Of a DNA stretch of 64,000 bases, positions 36,229-49,056 are shown one piece after another. Position numbers and translations under genes: made by a program. The notes under the pieces are model-generated. The model saw only the letters and a list, made by a program, of their open reading frames with translations, searched no databases and was not told the origin of the DNA. Position 1 is the stretch's first letter, and each line of letters opens with the position of its first letter. The stretch comes from Lingula anatina (lineage: Eukaryota > Animalia > Brachiopoda): contig CM120645.1 in assembly GCA_051362555.1 (NCBI GenBank), forward strand, positions 15,376,001 through 15,440,000, given 5' to 3'.

Positions 36229-37575
36229 ACGTATTTGAACTACATGTGACTACAGACCGACTTGTGTTATATGTGATAATATACGGAAACTGACAAGTCA
36301 TCTTAACCGCTTTGTCTAGGTCAAATATCAATATAACTTATCGTCGATATCTTTAAATTAAATTTATTTTCAAAGGGGCGCGTACTTACGTTAAGTGTAT
36401 GGCGTCATCAGCTGTCCAAAGATCTTAACTCGATTTGTGTCATATTTCGGCCATATTTAACAGGGTCCACGCGCATAAATGGTTAGGAAATCGGCGAATA
36501 AATAGATATCAGTGGACGTTGACCGTAAGCTTTTTTATACTCTTAGCTGGAAGTTACAGGGGTGTCATGTAAGAAAACAAGATCACTCACCTGGCACTCG
36601 GACAAGTCTGCATTTTTAACGTTTCATTTTGCTCATTTAATATTCAAATTGAATTAAAATTGAGCACATTTTATTAACGCGAGATTCAGTTTAGTAACTT
36701 ACCCCACATATCAAAATATGTTTGTTTATTTGATGTAATTGAAGAATTCAATAAATGTAGCTAACCTACACCTGAAAAGTGCGGCAAAGGAAACATTTCT
36801 TGCTTCTTATTACAAATAGGATTCCACCCACCAGACTTAATTAAGGATGGCGTGATTTCTTTTTCACTTTCAGGAAGCAGAATGTAATTAAGTCAATTAC
36901 GTCATCTACCACGTCAGCATTTTGAGTCATGTTAACCGCAGTCACATTCTCAGAACGTTTTGAGAAAATTATCTCAAAGTCATTTTAAAGCTTATTGTTA
37001 ATGGTTTTTAACAGAAATCGAAAGCTATGGTGATGATTTATTGATTTTTAAACATGATTGATTATAACAAAGTTGTGATTTTCGTGTTGCAGAAGGCATT
37101 TTATTGCATTTGTTCTTGCACGGTTATGCTTCTAGATCGTCTTTGTAGCCTATCGTCATACTGTGTGTGTCTTACGCCAATGTCTCTTTTTTTATTCATG
37201 TTTATCGAAAAACAGTATATTTCAATCCGAAACTAACTTTTCATCTCTCAAGGTAGGACATATACTATTAGGCTCTGAGAACTCTTTGCTAAAGATACCT
37301 GCTCACGGAACGTTTGAGTAACGTCGACGTCACTTCTACTGCACCCTGAGTATCTAAGTAAAATATTGTCTCTTTTAAGAATCCACATGTATATACTCTA
37401 GCAACCGAGGTGTGATATTTTACACATAATCAAAGAACACCGTCGTCCCCGTGATCAAAATGTCTATCTGTCTATGGTCCTCCCTCGCATCCATCTTGAC
37501 TCTGGCATAATAATAAAAAGAAGAAGAAGAAAAAGAAGAAGAAGAAGAAGAACAACAACAAAAGTGTTATCTTAC

Positions 37576-37705
37576 CATGTTGTTTAGAAAACTTCTTTTT
37601 CCTCCGACAACCCGTCTTCACTGCCGTTTACCTCTATGTTAAAATGACCACTCAGCTTCGTTTCTAACACCACTGCACGTCACTTCCGGCACAATTCTGA
37701 CCAAT
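37576..37705 (-). promoter_or_regulatory. Orphan promoter and first exon: CCAAT, ETS-CRE composite, leader, ATG|GTAAG
   Basis: Minus strand reads CCGGAAGTGACGTG (37689-37676), then ~100 nt, then AAACAACATG|GTAAGA (ATG 37578-37576); CCAAT at 37701. Confidence 0.5.
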
Positions 37706-37843
37706 GCTGATCTTGGTTCCCTTTATTGTTGGTCATACTTGGAACAGCTTACATATTGCGAAAAGTGCTGTGTGTCTGAGCTGCAGGAAGCAGCTGACAC
37801 AAAAAAAGACCCAAAAAAACATTTACGAGCTGGAGAGATTCAC

Positions 37844-37876
37844 ATAATAATAATAATGATGATGATGATGATAATG

Positions 37877-37966
<90 letters not shown>

Positions 37967-37968
37967 AT
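37844..37968. repeat. Compound (AAT/GAT)n then (ATT)n microsatellite, self-complementary
   Basis: AAT repeats switch to ATT repeats at ~37913. Confidence 0.95.
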
Positions 37969-40555
37969 ATCAAAATCAACAAACGATAATTTTACCCATG
38001 ATCTTTATAAGAAGAAGAAGAATTGTAAATATAAAGAAAGCTAAATACCATGCACATTCATCATTTTTTTTTACCATTAGTATAGTAATTGATAATTATT
38101 ACCTTCGATTTTCTTTCATTCCCTTTCAACACAATTGTGATAGAAATTTGCCTATGTTTTCAGCACTTGCTCTTGTAGCGCAAGCTATGAATTGGGTAGA
38201 TGATGCCTTTCAAGTAGGACCCTTTCTTTCAATGTTAAGAATATTAAATCTTGCATCCAGTAAACTTATTTTAGTCGGATTTAACAGTCCGATTATCTGA
38301 CGAAAAAAAAGATTGAGGATTTCGATTTATCTTCATTACACCACGAAGTAATTTGTTCATATCGTTGTTCACTTACAGAAAGCCATATTGTTGGAAAAAT
38401 TAAAATTGGATTCTTGAGGCTGTGGATTTCAAAGCACGGGGCATAGCTACAAAACTCAGGGCACATGATGTGATTGACATCTCATGGAAAAGGGCCCTAA
38501 ATTGTCAAAGTAAATATTGTCCATTCTTAATCAGGTACTAAGTTCACACTTTGGCATCGGACACAAGGGCGGGGTCATATAAATAATCAAATTAAATCGC
38601 CTGCACAAATAAACTTTGATCCCATTGTTGTCGCTGAACTCGAGCTACAGTTTCCCGTCTCACGAAGAAAATTTGATATCCGCGTCCACCTACGCCGATC
38701 ACTGACAACGTGACGCATGCGGCTGACATAAGATCCACTTGCTGTTCCTTTGAAGGGCAACCGAGGTGTGATATTTTACACATAATCAAAGAATACCGTC
38801 GTCCCCGTGATCAAGACGTCTATCTGTCTAAGGTCCTCCCTCGCATCCATCTCGTATGCGCGGCGCCATAGAATTTGCCGGAGGGTCCTCGAAGCGGCCT
38901 AGCTCGCCACTTAAGATATAATAGACTCAAGTGTTAGTTGTTCTCTTAAATGCTTTGATACCTGTACTTGAAGTGGTGGAATTATATACACTGGTTGTGT
39001 ATAATGTCGTGTAGATTGTTCGTAATAGGATTAGGCGGTAGGGCTTTAAGGGATCTCGACAAACGATTGTCACGTATTGGGTAGGGGGCGTGCGGTTAAT
39101 TTATTGCCGAAACCACAATATCACCTTACTCTTCGATTGTCCTCACCAGAGAATTTCTAGCAATGCCCCTCTCTCTCTCTCTCAATTAATCAAAAGTCAT
39201 ATAAGTAGATATATAAATGCTGGTTTCTTGGATAAATAAGGCGAAACCCCAAAACAGTCGTAAAAAGAACTGAAATAAATTTGAAACTTGAAATTCAGAA
39301 TTGAATTGAATTGAAATAAAGAGTAAACTCTAGAAACCGCCGAATTGATATCATTTTTATGGTTAGGTATTTCCTGAAATATTACATAAATGCATTGTTT
39401 GTGCAAAAGAATTTTTTAATAGAAATTGTGGGGAAATTATGGGGATATTTTGGAAAATGTGATTTCAAAGCACCTACCGTCACTATTTGAAGAAATACTA
39501 GCTGAAATTGCATACAACTGAGGACAATGCCAAACGGGTCATTATTCTTGAAAATATCTGTAAATAAGAATGCTTATTCAAAGGGACGTTGCACGGAGTT
39601 CCCTTGAACTTGAGAGTGGAGCTTCCTCCACGACTTAATGGCGTACCCACCCTCCTCTCCTTCTCTCAATGAAATCCAAATCAGATATAATTTAATTAAA
39701 AATTAATTTGTTTATTTGGGATTCAGAGCAGCAGAATAGGGCTCAGTTGACGAAATTATAGTCTGAATTTATTCAACTAATATTGCCAGCGAAATAACAG
39801 CCAATATAATTCGATTGACACAACTATAAATTGAATGCGACAAAATATTAATTCAATCAGGCAATGGGGCTTTTATAACACGTTTTGTGTGAGGTTGCGA
39901 CGTAGACGGGAGGGGTCTTTGATTTGCTCTTATCCCGGGGCAAGTGAACCACACTTCTTTAACACTACGTTACTTCGTTTGTTTATCTAACTGGCCTAGG
40001 CGTCTCAATTTCATTAAGATATTGTAAGCCAATGAATACGGTGCGCCATTCACTTTTTGGGGTTTGACCCTCGTCACAATACTCCCGTACAATGCCAGCA
40101 AAGGAAACGCATACAAATAGTAACAGCCTTATTCTCAATGAGTGCTATTGTGGCTTCCCCTGATTTACGTTGCAAATCAAATCATGGCTTGCAAATCCCA
40201 CATAAAAGGCGATCCCTCCCTCGTTCGCATTCAGATACGCTCTCCGCTTGTCAAGTGTCAAGACTTATTAATCATAATTATAACAGCGTCCAGCCAGAAA
40301 TTCAAGTTGCCACGCTCTGCTGATCAACCCGTGGATAGAAACCCGCTTTGCCGCTGTGCTGTAAAATTGTCCAACACTGAGCGGTGCGCTTTGATCTTCC
40401 GTCTAGCCAATCAGATCACCGGATGATGCTTTAAGAGCAAACCGTACATCCCCGAGTGCGTTTCACGTGGATTTTTTGGACAAAATGGTTGTAAGAATTT
40501 TGACGGAGCCAAGAGAGCTTTGACTCGTTTATGCATCGATGGATTTATTCGCATT

Positions 40556-43500
40556 ATGGCAAAGCTTTGTTACACTTTTTGGATTTTACTCATAGTCCTT
40601 GTTGGATACCTCAGGTTTGCCGTCAGTACGTGGTGGTAAGTGGACCTCTTTTTCCTTCTCTTTATCTTAGATTTGCCTGGGTAGCGTCGTTTTCCAAGCC
40701 GCCGCTTCTTCTTAACGTCACGCGGCGTACAACTAGGAGGCAATAACAGAAACGCATTCTATCGCGAGAAAGGTTAATTCTTAAACTAAGTATGAGTCTT
40801 TGAAGTGAGGGAGAAAGTTTAGTTTATCTTTCCCGACTGCCGGGTTTTTGTAGAGTGCTTTAATCGATGGAGAGCCAACGTGATAATGGAGTTCTTGAAC
40901 GAGAAATACATACAGAGAAAGAGCAAAACGTTGTAGACTACTAAAGGGGTTGTTTGTAAATGTCATGGTGTAAAAAGTGAATTTTCACAAGCGAGAGAGT
41001 TTGTTTGCAGCATATGACAGAGTTAAGATATTTGGACAATGATCGATATTCAAATTTTAGCAGCACTGACGTAAGTAGTTTTACTAGTTTTTAACCTTTT
41101 TTAAAACTTTTCAAAAGTACGTTTGAATCGTATCAAATGTTTTATGGTGTGATTCGTTCGTTATTATTATCATTACTAAGTTATAATCTAACTGGCATAC
41201 AGTTATACGCAAGTGTGCAAAATAGTCTTGTTGTGTGTGCAAACGAGATTCTTTTTATTTGTTTTTTTTCTGGATTTTTCCAAGGAGGCAGTCTTTTTGT
41301 GCAATTCATTTAGACAAGCCATCTTTACATTTTTGTTCGCTTTACTCTTGGGTATCTAACGTGTAAAGAATCTTATGTGCAGATTGCATAATGAAATGTT
41401 TAAGAGCCTCGGATAAAAACGCAAAAGTTATTAGATTACTTGGCGTTCGGGGAAAACCTAAAAAGCATACATATAGAGCGCTTTTAAGCAATAGAAAATG
41501 AAGGTTATACAGAAAGGCTGTATTGAGTCATGATTAAAACGTTGATAAAGTATTAGTGAGTGATACAAGAAAAAAGAAAAGAAAACAGCAACTGAGTATC
41601 TTAAATATAAGACAAAAAGATGAGTTACCTACATGTAGTTACACAATAAAAGCGGTACAGACCACGGGGGAAAGCGGTGCAAAAACAATATTACAGACGG
41701 TCACGACTAAGTGCTACCTTATTATGAGTAAAGATCCCCACAATTACTGTAATTTCTCTAAAACCCTTGAGATACGCTACCATCAAACAACGGAAAGGAA
41801 ACAATCAGGTAGTATAATCATTGTTCTCTTTATTGCTCTCTTTTCTTCAAACATGCGAACATGACTCGGCCTTTCATCCAATTTACCCGTTTCCGTCCTC
41901 GCCATGGCGTACAAAATGTACACTTCCACGATATATTGTGGTTCACTATTATAGGCATACAGCTAGATTATTTTCAATATTTGTGTTATCCGCAGGCATG
42001 GGCCGTGAAAGACACAGCGGTTTTTATTCCGTCACGGTGACGAGACAGAGTTCGTAATATAAACGTTTAAGAAAGGGTGTTCCATTCTTTTAGAAAGCGG
42101 GTAATTAAAACAACATTAATAACAGCAAAATATTCCTTATTTGTCATCGCAAACAAAGGCTTTCAATTGCGCTGAATGACTTATAAAAGAAGGGATGGTA
42201 TATTCACTCTAGCGTCAAGTGTTTTCAAGCAGACACTCTTCAAATATTACAAATGCGAAGAGGGCTTAATTAGATTAAATTTGTTTAAATCTTTAGAGAA
42301 GGTAAGGCTGGGTCGAGCTAATTTTCATCCATCTCCTCATTAAATTAGACGTTGGAAGGAGTTTTTCTTTCGATTGTTCCTGTAGGAAAATGTTGATACA
42401 TTATGTTGCCTTAGAAAGCACAGAGAATTGCCATATAGGATTTCACCCATGTTGCTCTTAGATCCCGTTATTTACATTTGTTATTTATTCAAAATTCTAA
42501 CGTATTTTCTTTTCGATAAAGTAGTGTTTTTCCCGCCTGTTTATGTAAATGTTAATTTACAAAATACCATTGGGAAACGCACAAACTTCTATTAACACTA
42601 TTGTAGTAAATGTAACAAGGCCGAGACTGACAGTCTACCTATCACCTTAGAAAAGGGGTTCAGTTTATTACAGTAAATATCGAACGCTAATGATATGCAG
42701 TGTAAGGTGAAATTTGCTACAGGGTGTGTCACAGCTATTCAATCAACGATAATTAATCTTAAACCTAATCTTAAAGCTTCAATTATGTGAAATATGTGTA
42801 AATGGTTCCTCTGGTTTCTCTCTACCCCTCATTTACCAACGCTAGTACTGCCCCCCCCCTCCCCTCTCTCTCTCTCTCTCTCTCATCTTCTTTCACCTGT
42901 CGAAACGGCCATTGCTTACCCTCAATAAAACCTTGTCTTTTTCAGGTTCATAAGTCAACTCCCGTTACATGCGGTGGGGGCGCGCGTCATCTGTGATAAC
43001 ATCCCGGGACTGGTGGGGAAACAGAAGAAACTTTGTCGGACGTATCCCGACGTGATGATAAGCCTGGGCGAGGGCGCTAAGCTGGGAGTGAAGGAGTGCC
43101 AATACCAGTTCAGGAACCAGCGGTGGAACTGCAGCACGCTGGATAGGGACGCTTCGGTATTTGGGAAAGTTATGCTTAAAGGTAAGAAGTGAATTATACT
43201 TTTTGGGTTTGTTTCGTTGATGAGGCGATAGACTAAAGAAATGCACAGAGATCAGTGCGTTGACTTGTCGTCCAAGCATTTGTTTTACTGTTGATTCCCT
43301 TTGCATTAATTTATTATTCTTTGGTTTAGATTTAAAATAAGTGATAGATTTATAATGTCGCTAGCACAGGAATATGGGATATATAGTTATATTCTTTTTC
43401 GACTTAGGGAAGCGGCAATTCAAACGTTTTATCATAAAGAAAATATTTGTGTTCTTATTCTAAATGTCGAAAACCTTTTCCTACATCTTGTTTTTTTCTC

Positions 43501-46500
43501 TTTCTCGTTGTGAAGTAGGTAGCCGAGAGGCTGCGTTTGTGCATGCCATCTCAAGCGCGGGCGTGGTGCACGCGATCACACGCGCATGCAGCAAGGGGGA
43601 ACTGTTGAATTGTGCATGTGATCCCACAAAGAAAGGGAAGAGTCGGGACAAGAAAGGAGAATTCGACTGGGGAGGCTGCAGTGATAATGTCAGATACGGT
43701 AGCAATTTCTCCAGATTCTTCGTCGATGCACAAGAAAAACGCGTGCGCGATGCACGTGCTCGTATGAATCTTCACAATAATAGGGCTGGCCGAAAGGTAT
43801 GTTAAGTGCTCTCCTTAAGCAAACGTATTTTCTAACTTTATATTACTTATTTCACATACCCATGTTTATGAAAACGAAAGAAGGAGAAAATAATTCTCTC
43901 TCTCTCTCTCTCTTTCTCTCTGACACACAAACACACATTTCACGAAAATCAACGCAAAAAAGTGCACTTCGCTGACTCTTGTGTACTTATGACAGGTACC
44001 CCTTGCATGCCTTAAGCGAATACAAAAATTTCGCGTTAACCAAACCCATTTCCTATCCAAACAATTCCACTGCCTATCATAACCGAAAAGGGGTATCAAT
44101 AACAGCCCCTCTTTCCAAACTCTAGTCAAATAAAATATAAAAGAATGTTAAAAAATGTTAAACACTGCATGGGCCACGCATGGGGGTTTAGCTTCATTCA
44201 TAATGTAACTTTATTCATAAATATTTCTAAAACTTGGGTAGGGATTGTGTACATATATTTGGGGCGGCGTAAAACTCTCTGTTTACACTGTTTTCCAGCT
44301 GAATGCTTCATTGGGTAAACAATATGCTAAGCGTACTGAAAATATGATACAAGATAAAGTCAGAAACGACAAATAGGAAAAAAAATGAGCTACTGCGCGT
44401 TCATTTTAAAAAAGAGAGAACTTTCACAAGGTGTTGCATTGCGTGTAGAAAACAAAACAATTCTTATTGAGATTCAGTTTTTGAAGTCTTACAAGTTTTG
44501 CATCTTTTTCGACTGCCATGCAAATAAAAAAAAGAAGGAAAAACACACCTTTGCTGTTTTACACCCTTTTTAATGTAAAAAACAATCAGCCAAATCTGCA
44601 AAACGCATTTTATGTTTTTTTCACTTTGGAATATAAATGGCGACGGGTGCTTTTATCCGATGTAGTTGTATTTATCCCGGCAGCTATAACAGTAAACAAA
44701 CTTGACGATATTGGAATATTTTTGGTCTGCTGACGTCCGTGTTGAATTTAAGTCTCTTCGGTAAAGTCACATTACATGTTGAGCCATTACTTGGTTAATG
44801 TAGGCTGAGAAGTTTTAGTCAGGGTCAGATAAAAATGGAAGAGAAGCACCAATCTTGGCAAACTATTTGCGACTGAACCTGATTTCACTGGCACACGTCT
44901 TAGCTACGTCCGGAGGGGGGGGGGGGGGTAAGATTTATCCACAGTGAAAACAAAATTAACATTTTTAGTATTTTCATGCAACCTTACTACAAACATTTAA
45001 TCTGTTTGACTACACTTCCCCACTTTCCAATATAAGCAAGGCCACTATATTAAGAGGCAACTATTCGGTAGGGAGGGGGGGGGGGGGGGGGGGGGGGGGG
45101 AGGGGGGCACAGAATTAACAAGATAAACTTGTATCTAGAATGGGTAATTCACGAGTTTATATGCCTTTTAGATTTTAGCACCCTTCCTTCAGCTGCACAC
45201 TAAATAAAGTATTTCAAAATAAGTAAATAAATAAATTAGAAAAGCATCGTACCTGTTCCTGAAGAGATTTATGGTTTCACTTAGCATCCTTCCAAAAGAC
45301 AGTGAAAGATGAAAGTGCCAATACAGAAAGACAGGAAGAGAAAGAAATTCACACACCTTTCATGGTGTTATAACATTTTGCCAGGGGACTGTAAAACGTG
45401 TAGGTGCACATTCAATATGCACAGGCCCGTAGCCAGGGGGCGTTCGGGGGGTTCGGGGGGTTCGAAAGAACCGCCCCTTTTGCTGGGAAAAGGTCCACTC
45501 TGGGTAAAATTTGATCTAGGTACATGAAGTTTTTATGGGAAAAGGTCCACTTTTTCAAAAAATGAACCCCCCTTTTGAAATTGCTGGCTACAGACCTGAT
45601 GCACATGCGTAGACAAACGGGGCAAGGCAGGAAAACCGCGCTTTTATCTGCGATTCTTAAACATCGTCCTGTGTAACTAATGACAAATTCCTTCAAATAA
45701 AATAATTGCTTCGTTTTTAACGTTTTAAACAAGTAGGTGGCACAACCAGAAGTAACGATTGGTATTCTGCCATATGACTCACCTTTATGAGTGACAGCCA
45801 CACTTTCACACCTTTCTTTCGGTATTGAAAATATTCAATGTTTACAATACAGAAATCCTATTTATCTAACTTAGAAAGTTCAGGGTTTATCAGATAGTTG
45901 AATTGATTGTTACATATCATAATGCAAAGATCTTTATTTTTAAACTAGCGTATTGTGCACGTAAAGCAACATTTTTTTACACTCACAAAAGTCCGGGCAT
46001 GCAGTTTAACATTATTCTTTTACATTACTTAAGACTATTGTCTTTAATTTTTTTACGTATTGAATAATATTGGTGAAGAAATCTGAGAGGTCATCCAAGG
46101 AATTTAAGTAAATCATGAAATTACCAATTCAACAAAAATGCACTTTTGCTACCAGTCATCAACATAAAGATTTTTTTCGTCACTTTATTCCAGGCAGTGA
46201 AACGTTTCATGAAACTCGAATGTAAATGTCACGGCGTGAGCGGCTCATGTGCCATTAGGACGTGTTGGTTAGCTATGCAAGAATTCCGAAAAGTTGGAAA
46301 TTATATCAAGAATAAATATAACAGTGCCACACAAGTGACAATGAACCAGGACGGCACGGGTTTTAATATAGCCAACAAAAATCACAAGAAAGCCACAAAA
46401 CATGATCTCGTGTATTTCGAGGAATCGCCAGATTATTGTAACAAAAACCCTGAAATAGGTAAGTCATGCACAGGTGTGTGTGTGTGTGTGTGTGTGTTAC

Positions 46501-47122
46501 CTTAATTATTCAAGCATGGCAATGAACTACAAATTTCGAGTCTAATGTGACTGAGACAAAGTAATGATTGTATATCTCGTAGATTATACCTTTAAATGAA
46601 TTACATGAGGCTCTTCCAATTTTAAATTTGGAATATATTAATGATGGCATATGTTAATGTAAAAAGAAACATAAGAATAAAGTAGTATTTTTTTCTTCAA
46701 TCAACAGCTAATATGGAAATTGTTAACATGTTTTGAAAGGGTAAAATGATGCATTCAAAGAGACAAAAACTACAAATAGACCAGAATGGTTCAGAAAATA
46801 ATCACTCCTTTTTCTCATTTCCTCAGGCTCTTTCGGTACAGCAGGACGGGAGTGTAAGAAGGACTCCATGGGTACAGACGGCTGTGATATCATGTGCTGT
46901 GGAAGAGGGTACGACACCACCACTGTGGTACAGACTACCAAATGTGAGTGCAAATTTCACTGGTGCTGCTACGTCAAGTGCAAAGAGTGCTCGCGCGTCG
47001 TCGACGTCCACACTTGCAAGGGACCGAACGTCAGGAAAAACAGCAATAATGTGCATCGTAATAGGTTCAAGAGATGGTTGGACGGTGACGCAACCCGGAT
47101 AATGACCAGTGGGTCTCTTTGA
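40556..47122 (+). CDS. WNT2: Wnt2-subfamily secreted ligand, 384 aa, 5 exons
   Basis: Exons 40556-40635 (signal peptide [27 protein letters not shown]), 42946-43181, 43519-43796, 46194-46458 and 46827-47122. Motifs: [113 protein letters not shown] and CDPTKKG are Wnt2-like. Confidence 0.95.
45422..45598. mobile_element. MITE with CAGGCCCGTAGCCAG TIR and 5 bp TSD in Wnt2 intron 3
   Basis: CAGGCCCGTAGCCAG...CTGGCTACAGACCTG flanked by ATGCA on both sides. Confidence 0.85.
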
Positions 47123-48374
47123 AGTCATTTTTTTTATCAGTTACGATGTTTGATACTTGTCGGTGACAAAACGATGAAAAAGTGGTTGCAGGAGATTAAA
47201 TTCAAGTCTCTTTAAAATAAAAAAGGAGAAGACTTGGGGGATGTAAACCGGTGAGCAAAATATACGTGGAGAGAGAAACTGTTGCAAAAAGGATACATAA
47301 AATATTTCCAGCGAGGCAGAGTAAACAGCATCCTTGCGCGAGAAACAGTTCTTGATATCACATTTGATGATCTAATTGTTTAAAGACTATGCAAAAGAAT
47401 AATGCACATATATCAGTATGAATGGAATCGCATCAAGAGCCAGTAAATATTCATAACCAAAACTGCTGTGTACGATCAAAACCCAGCCTTATATAAAATG
47501 ATTAAGCTGGCTGGAAAGCTACTAAAAGGACTATAAATTGTCATGTTTTGTGTTTGCCAGGAAAACAACGATACGATACAGATTGTGCAGTGAGAAGCAA
47601 GTTTGATACATGGAGACTTTTACCTTGTATTTTGTACTCTATCTGAAGGCTCATCATGTTGTCTTCCTCAAACTAACTCTTCCTCGTTCAAATTGAGAAA
47701 GTCTTCATGAACTTGTGGTAGACCAAATGAGGAAGCAGTAAAGTATTTATGATTGTCAAAATGCCTTTTAACATGTTATTACTATTGCAAAGATCTTTTT
47801 TTTTAGAAGATAGGCCATATATTTAGTAGATTTTGTTAAAGATATTATGTAAAGCCGTTTATTTCATTCTGATAATGTAAATTATGTATATAATTTGTTG
47901 ATATTTCAGAGATATTCATTTATATTCTTCTTTTAAAGTGACACTTATTTAAATAATATTGCTTTATCCTGCTGTTGTGGGACGGTACCTTATTTATAAC
48001 AGAACATAATTCATATTTGAATGTATTTAAAGCTGTGCATATTTATTATGAACCGGAGGTTTAAACAGAGACAAATAATATGTTTGTTTTGTGTTGGATT
48101 ACTATAGGAATTTATAGCAGATATTGTATTGTATATATTACTGCGTTTATCAGCATCGTTATAACACTAAGTAAATATGTAACTATGGAACGGGGACTGC
48201 CCCTTGGTGCAATATTGTAGTAGTCTTAGTCTTAGTATTGATGAAACTCGTGCTTCTTTTTAAAATATTTTTTTGCCAATTTCCATGGTAGTCACTGCTA
48301 ATAGAATATTAAACTGCTTTAAAATATCGACATTCTCTTTGTATTTATTTCGCAGTTTTAGGATAGGTTGAAAA

Positions 48375-48380
48375 TAATAA
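48375..48380 (+). terminator. Candidate Wnt2 polyadenylation signal
   Basis: AATAAA after ~1.25 kb of AU-rich sequence containing several TATTTA motifs. Confidence 0.55.
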
Positions 48381-48896
48381 ACTGTTTATTGAGAAACTTC
48401 AGCGTACACTCTCTAGCATACGCTTTACCTCATCATAATAAACGTCAAATAAGCGTACACAAGTAAAAACTACTTCGAGTGGCAACCATACTGATATGTT
48501 GGCAATCCGGAGATATAATGTCACGAATATTAAAGAAAGGTTGTGTTCATTTGATCGGATGCGTAAATTAGATTCTTTTTTTTTTTCAATATAGCAATCA
48601 AAACCGAAATTATGTATGCACATTTTCTTGCCATCTAAAAAGTCGGGTTGAAAGGAAGTTTTCTCAGGATTTTGAACATACTGATAATGCCAAATTTTCG
48701 CCCGTGGAAAAAATCAACTTTAAAACATTTCATTTAACATATAATTGCTTGGACATGGGTTTTAACAAAATCGTGTTTTCAAATCAGCAACTTTGTTTTA
48801 ACATGTAATCCAGTCTTAGAAGAAACTAATCTTTGTACGCTTCGTGTCCTAACCCAATGGATACTTTTCAAGCAGTCTATTTTAGGTATAAAGTGC

Positions 48897-49056
48897 GGGG
48901 CCGTTGCAATAGTCCGAAGGTTCAATAGTTCGAAGGTTCATTGGTCCGAATGTTCGCTATAGAACCTTCGGACCAATGAACCCTTGATTAAAAAAAAAAC
49001 GATGAAAAAGTTACCATTTTTCGGACCAATGAACCTTCGGACTATCGAGACGCCCC
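48897..49056. mobile_element. Foldback MITE with 8 bp TSD (Merlin- or MULE-like)
   Basis: GGGGC...GCCCC termini, inverted subterminal repeats CCGAAGGTTCA / GAACCTTCGGA, TSD TAAAGTGC on both sides. Confidence 0.85.

Larger units (their letters stand above)
37401..38851 (+). repeat. ~95 bp dispersed direct repeat (37401-37496 and 38757-38851)
   Basis: GCAACCGAGGTGTGATATTTTACACATAATCAAAGAA..CCGTCGTCCCCGTGATCAA..GTCTATCTGTCTA.GGTCCTCCCTCGCATCCATCT occurs twice. Confidence 0.9.

Noticed and set aside
36835-37298. Possible U12-type intron (GTATCTTT donor, TCCTTAAT branch-like motif, minus strand)
   Set aside because: The branch-like motif is too close to the next AG and no host exon pair is established.
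37739-38044. Poly-Ile ORF
   Set aside because: Translation of an AAT/ATT microsatellite.
38090-38300. Possible minus-strand retrotransposon C-terminal relic (..ENIGKFL..)
   Set aside because: Stop-interrupted, and the resemblance is too weak to call without a profile search.
45068-45108. Poly-G tracts (also 44912-44928) as G-quadruplex elements
   Set aside because: Simple homopolymers of uncertain length with no functional evidence.
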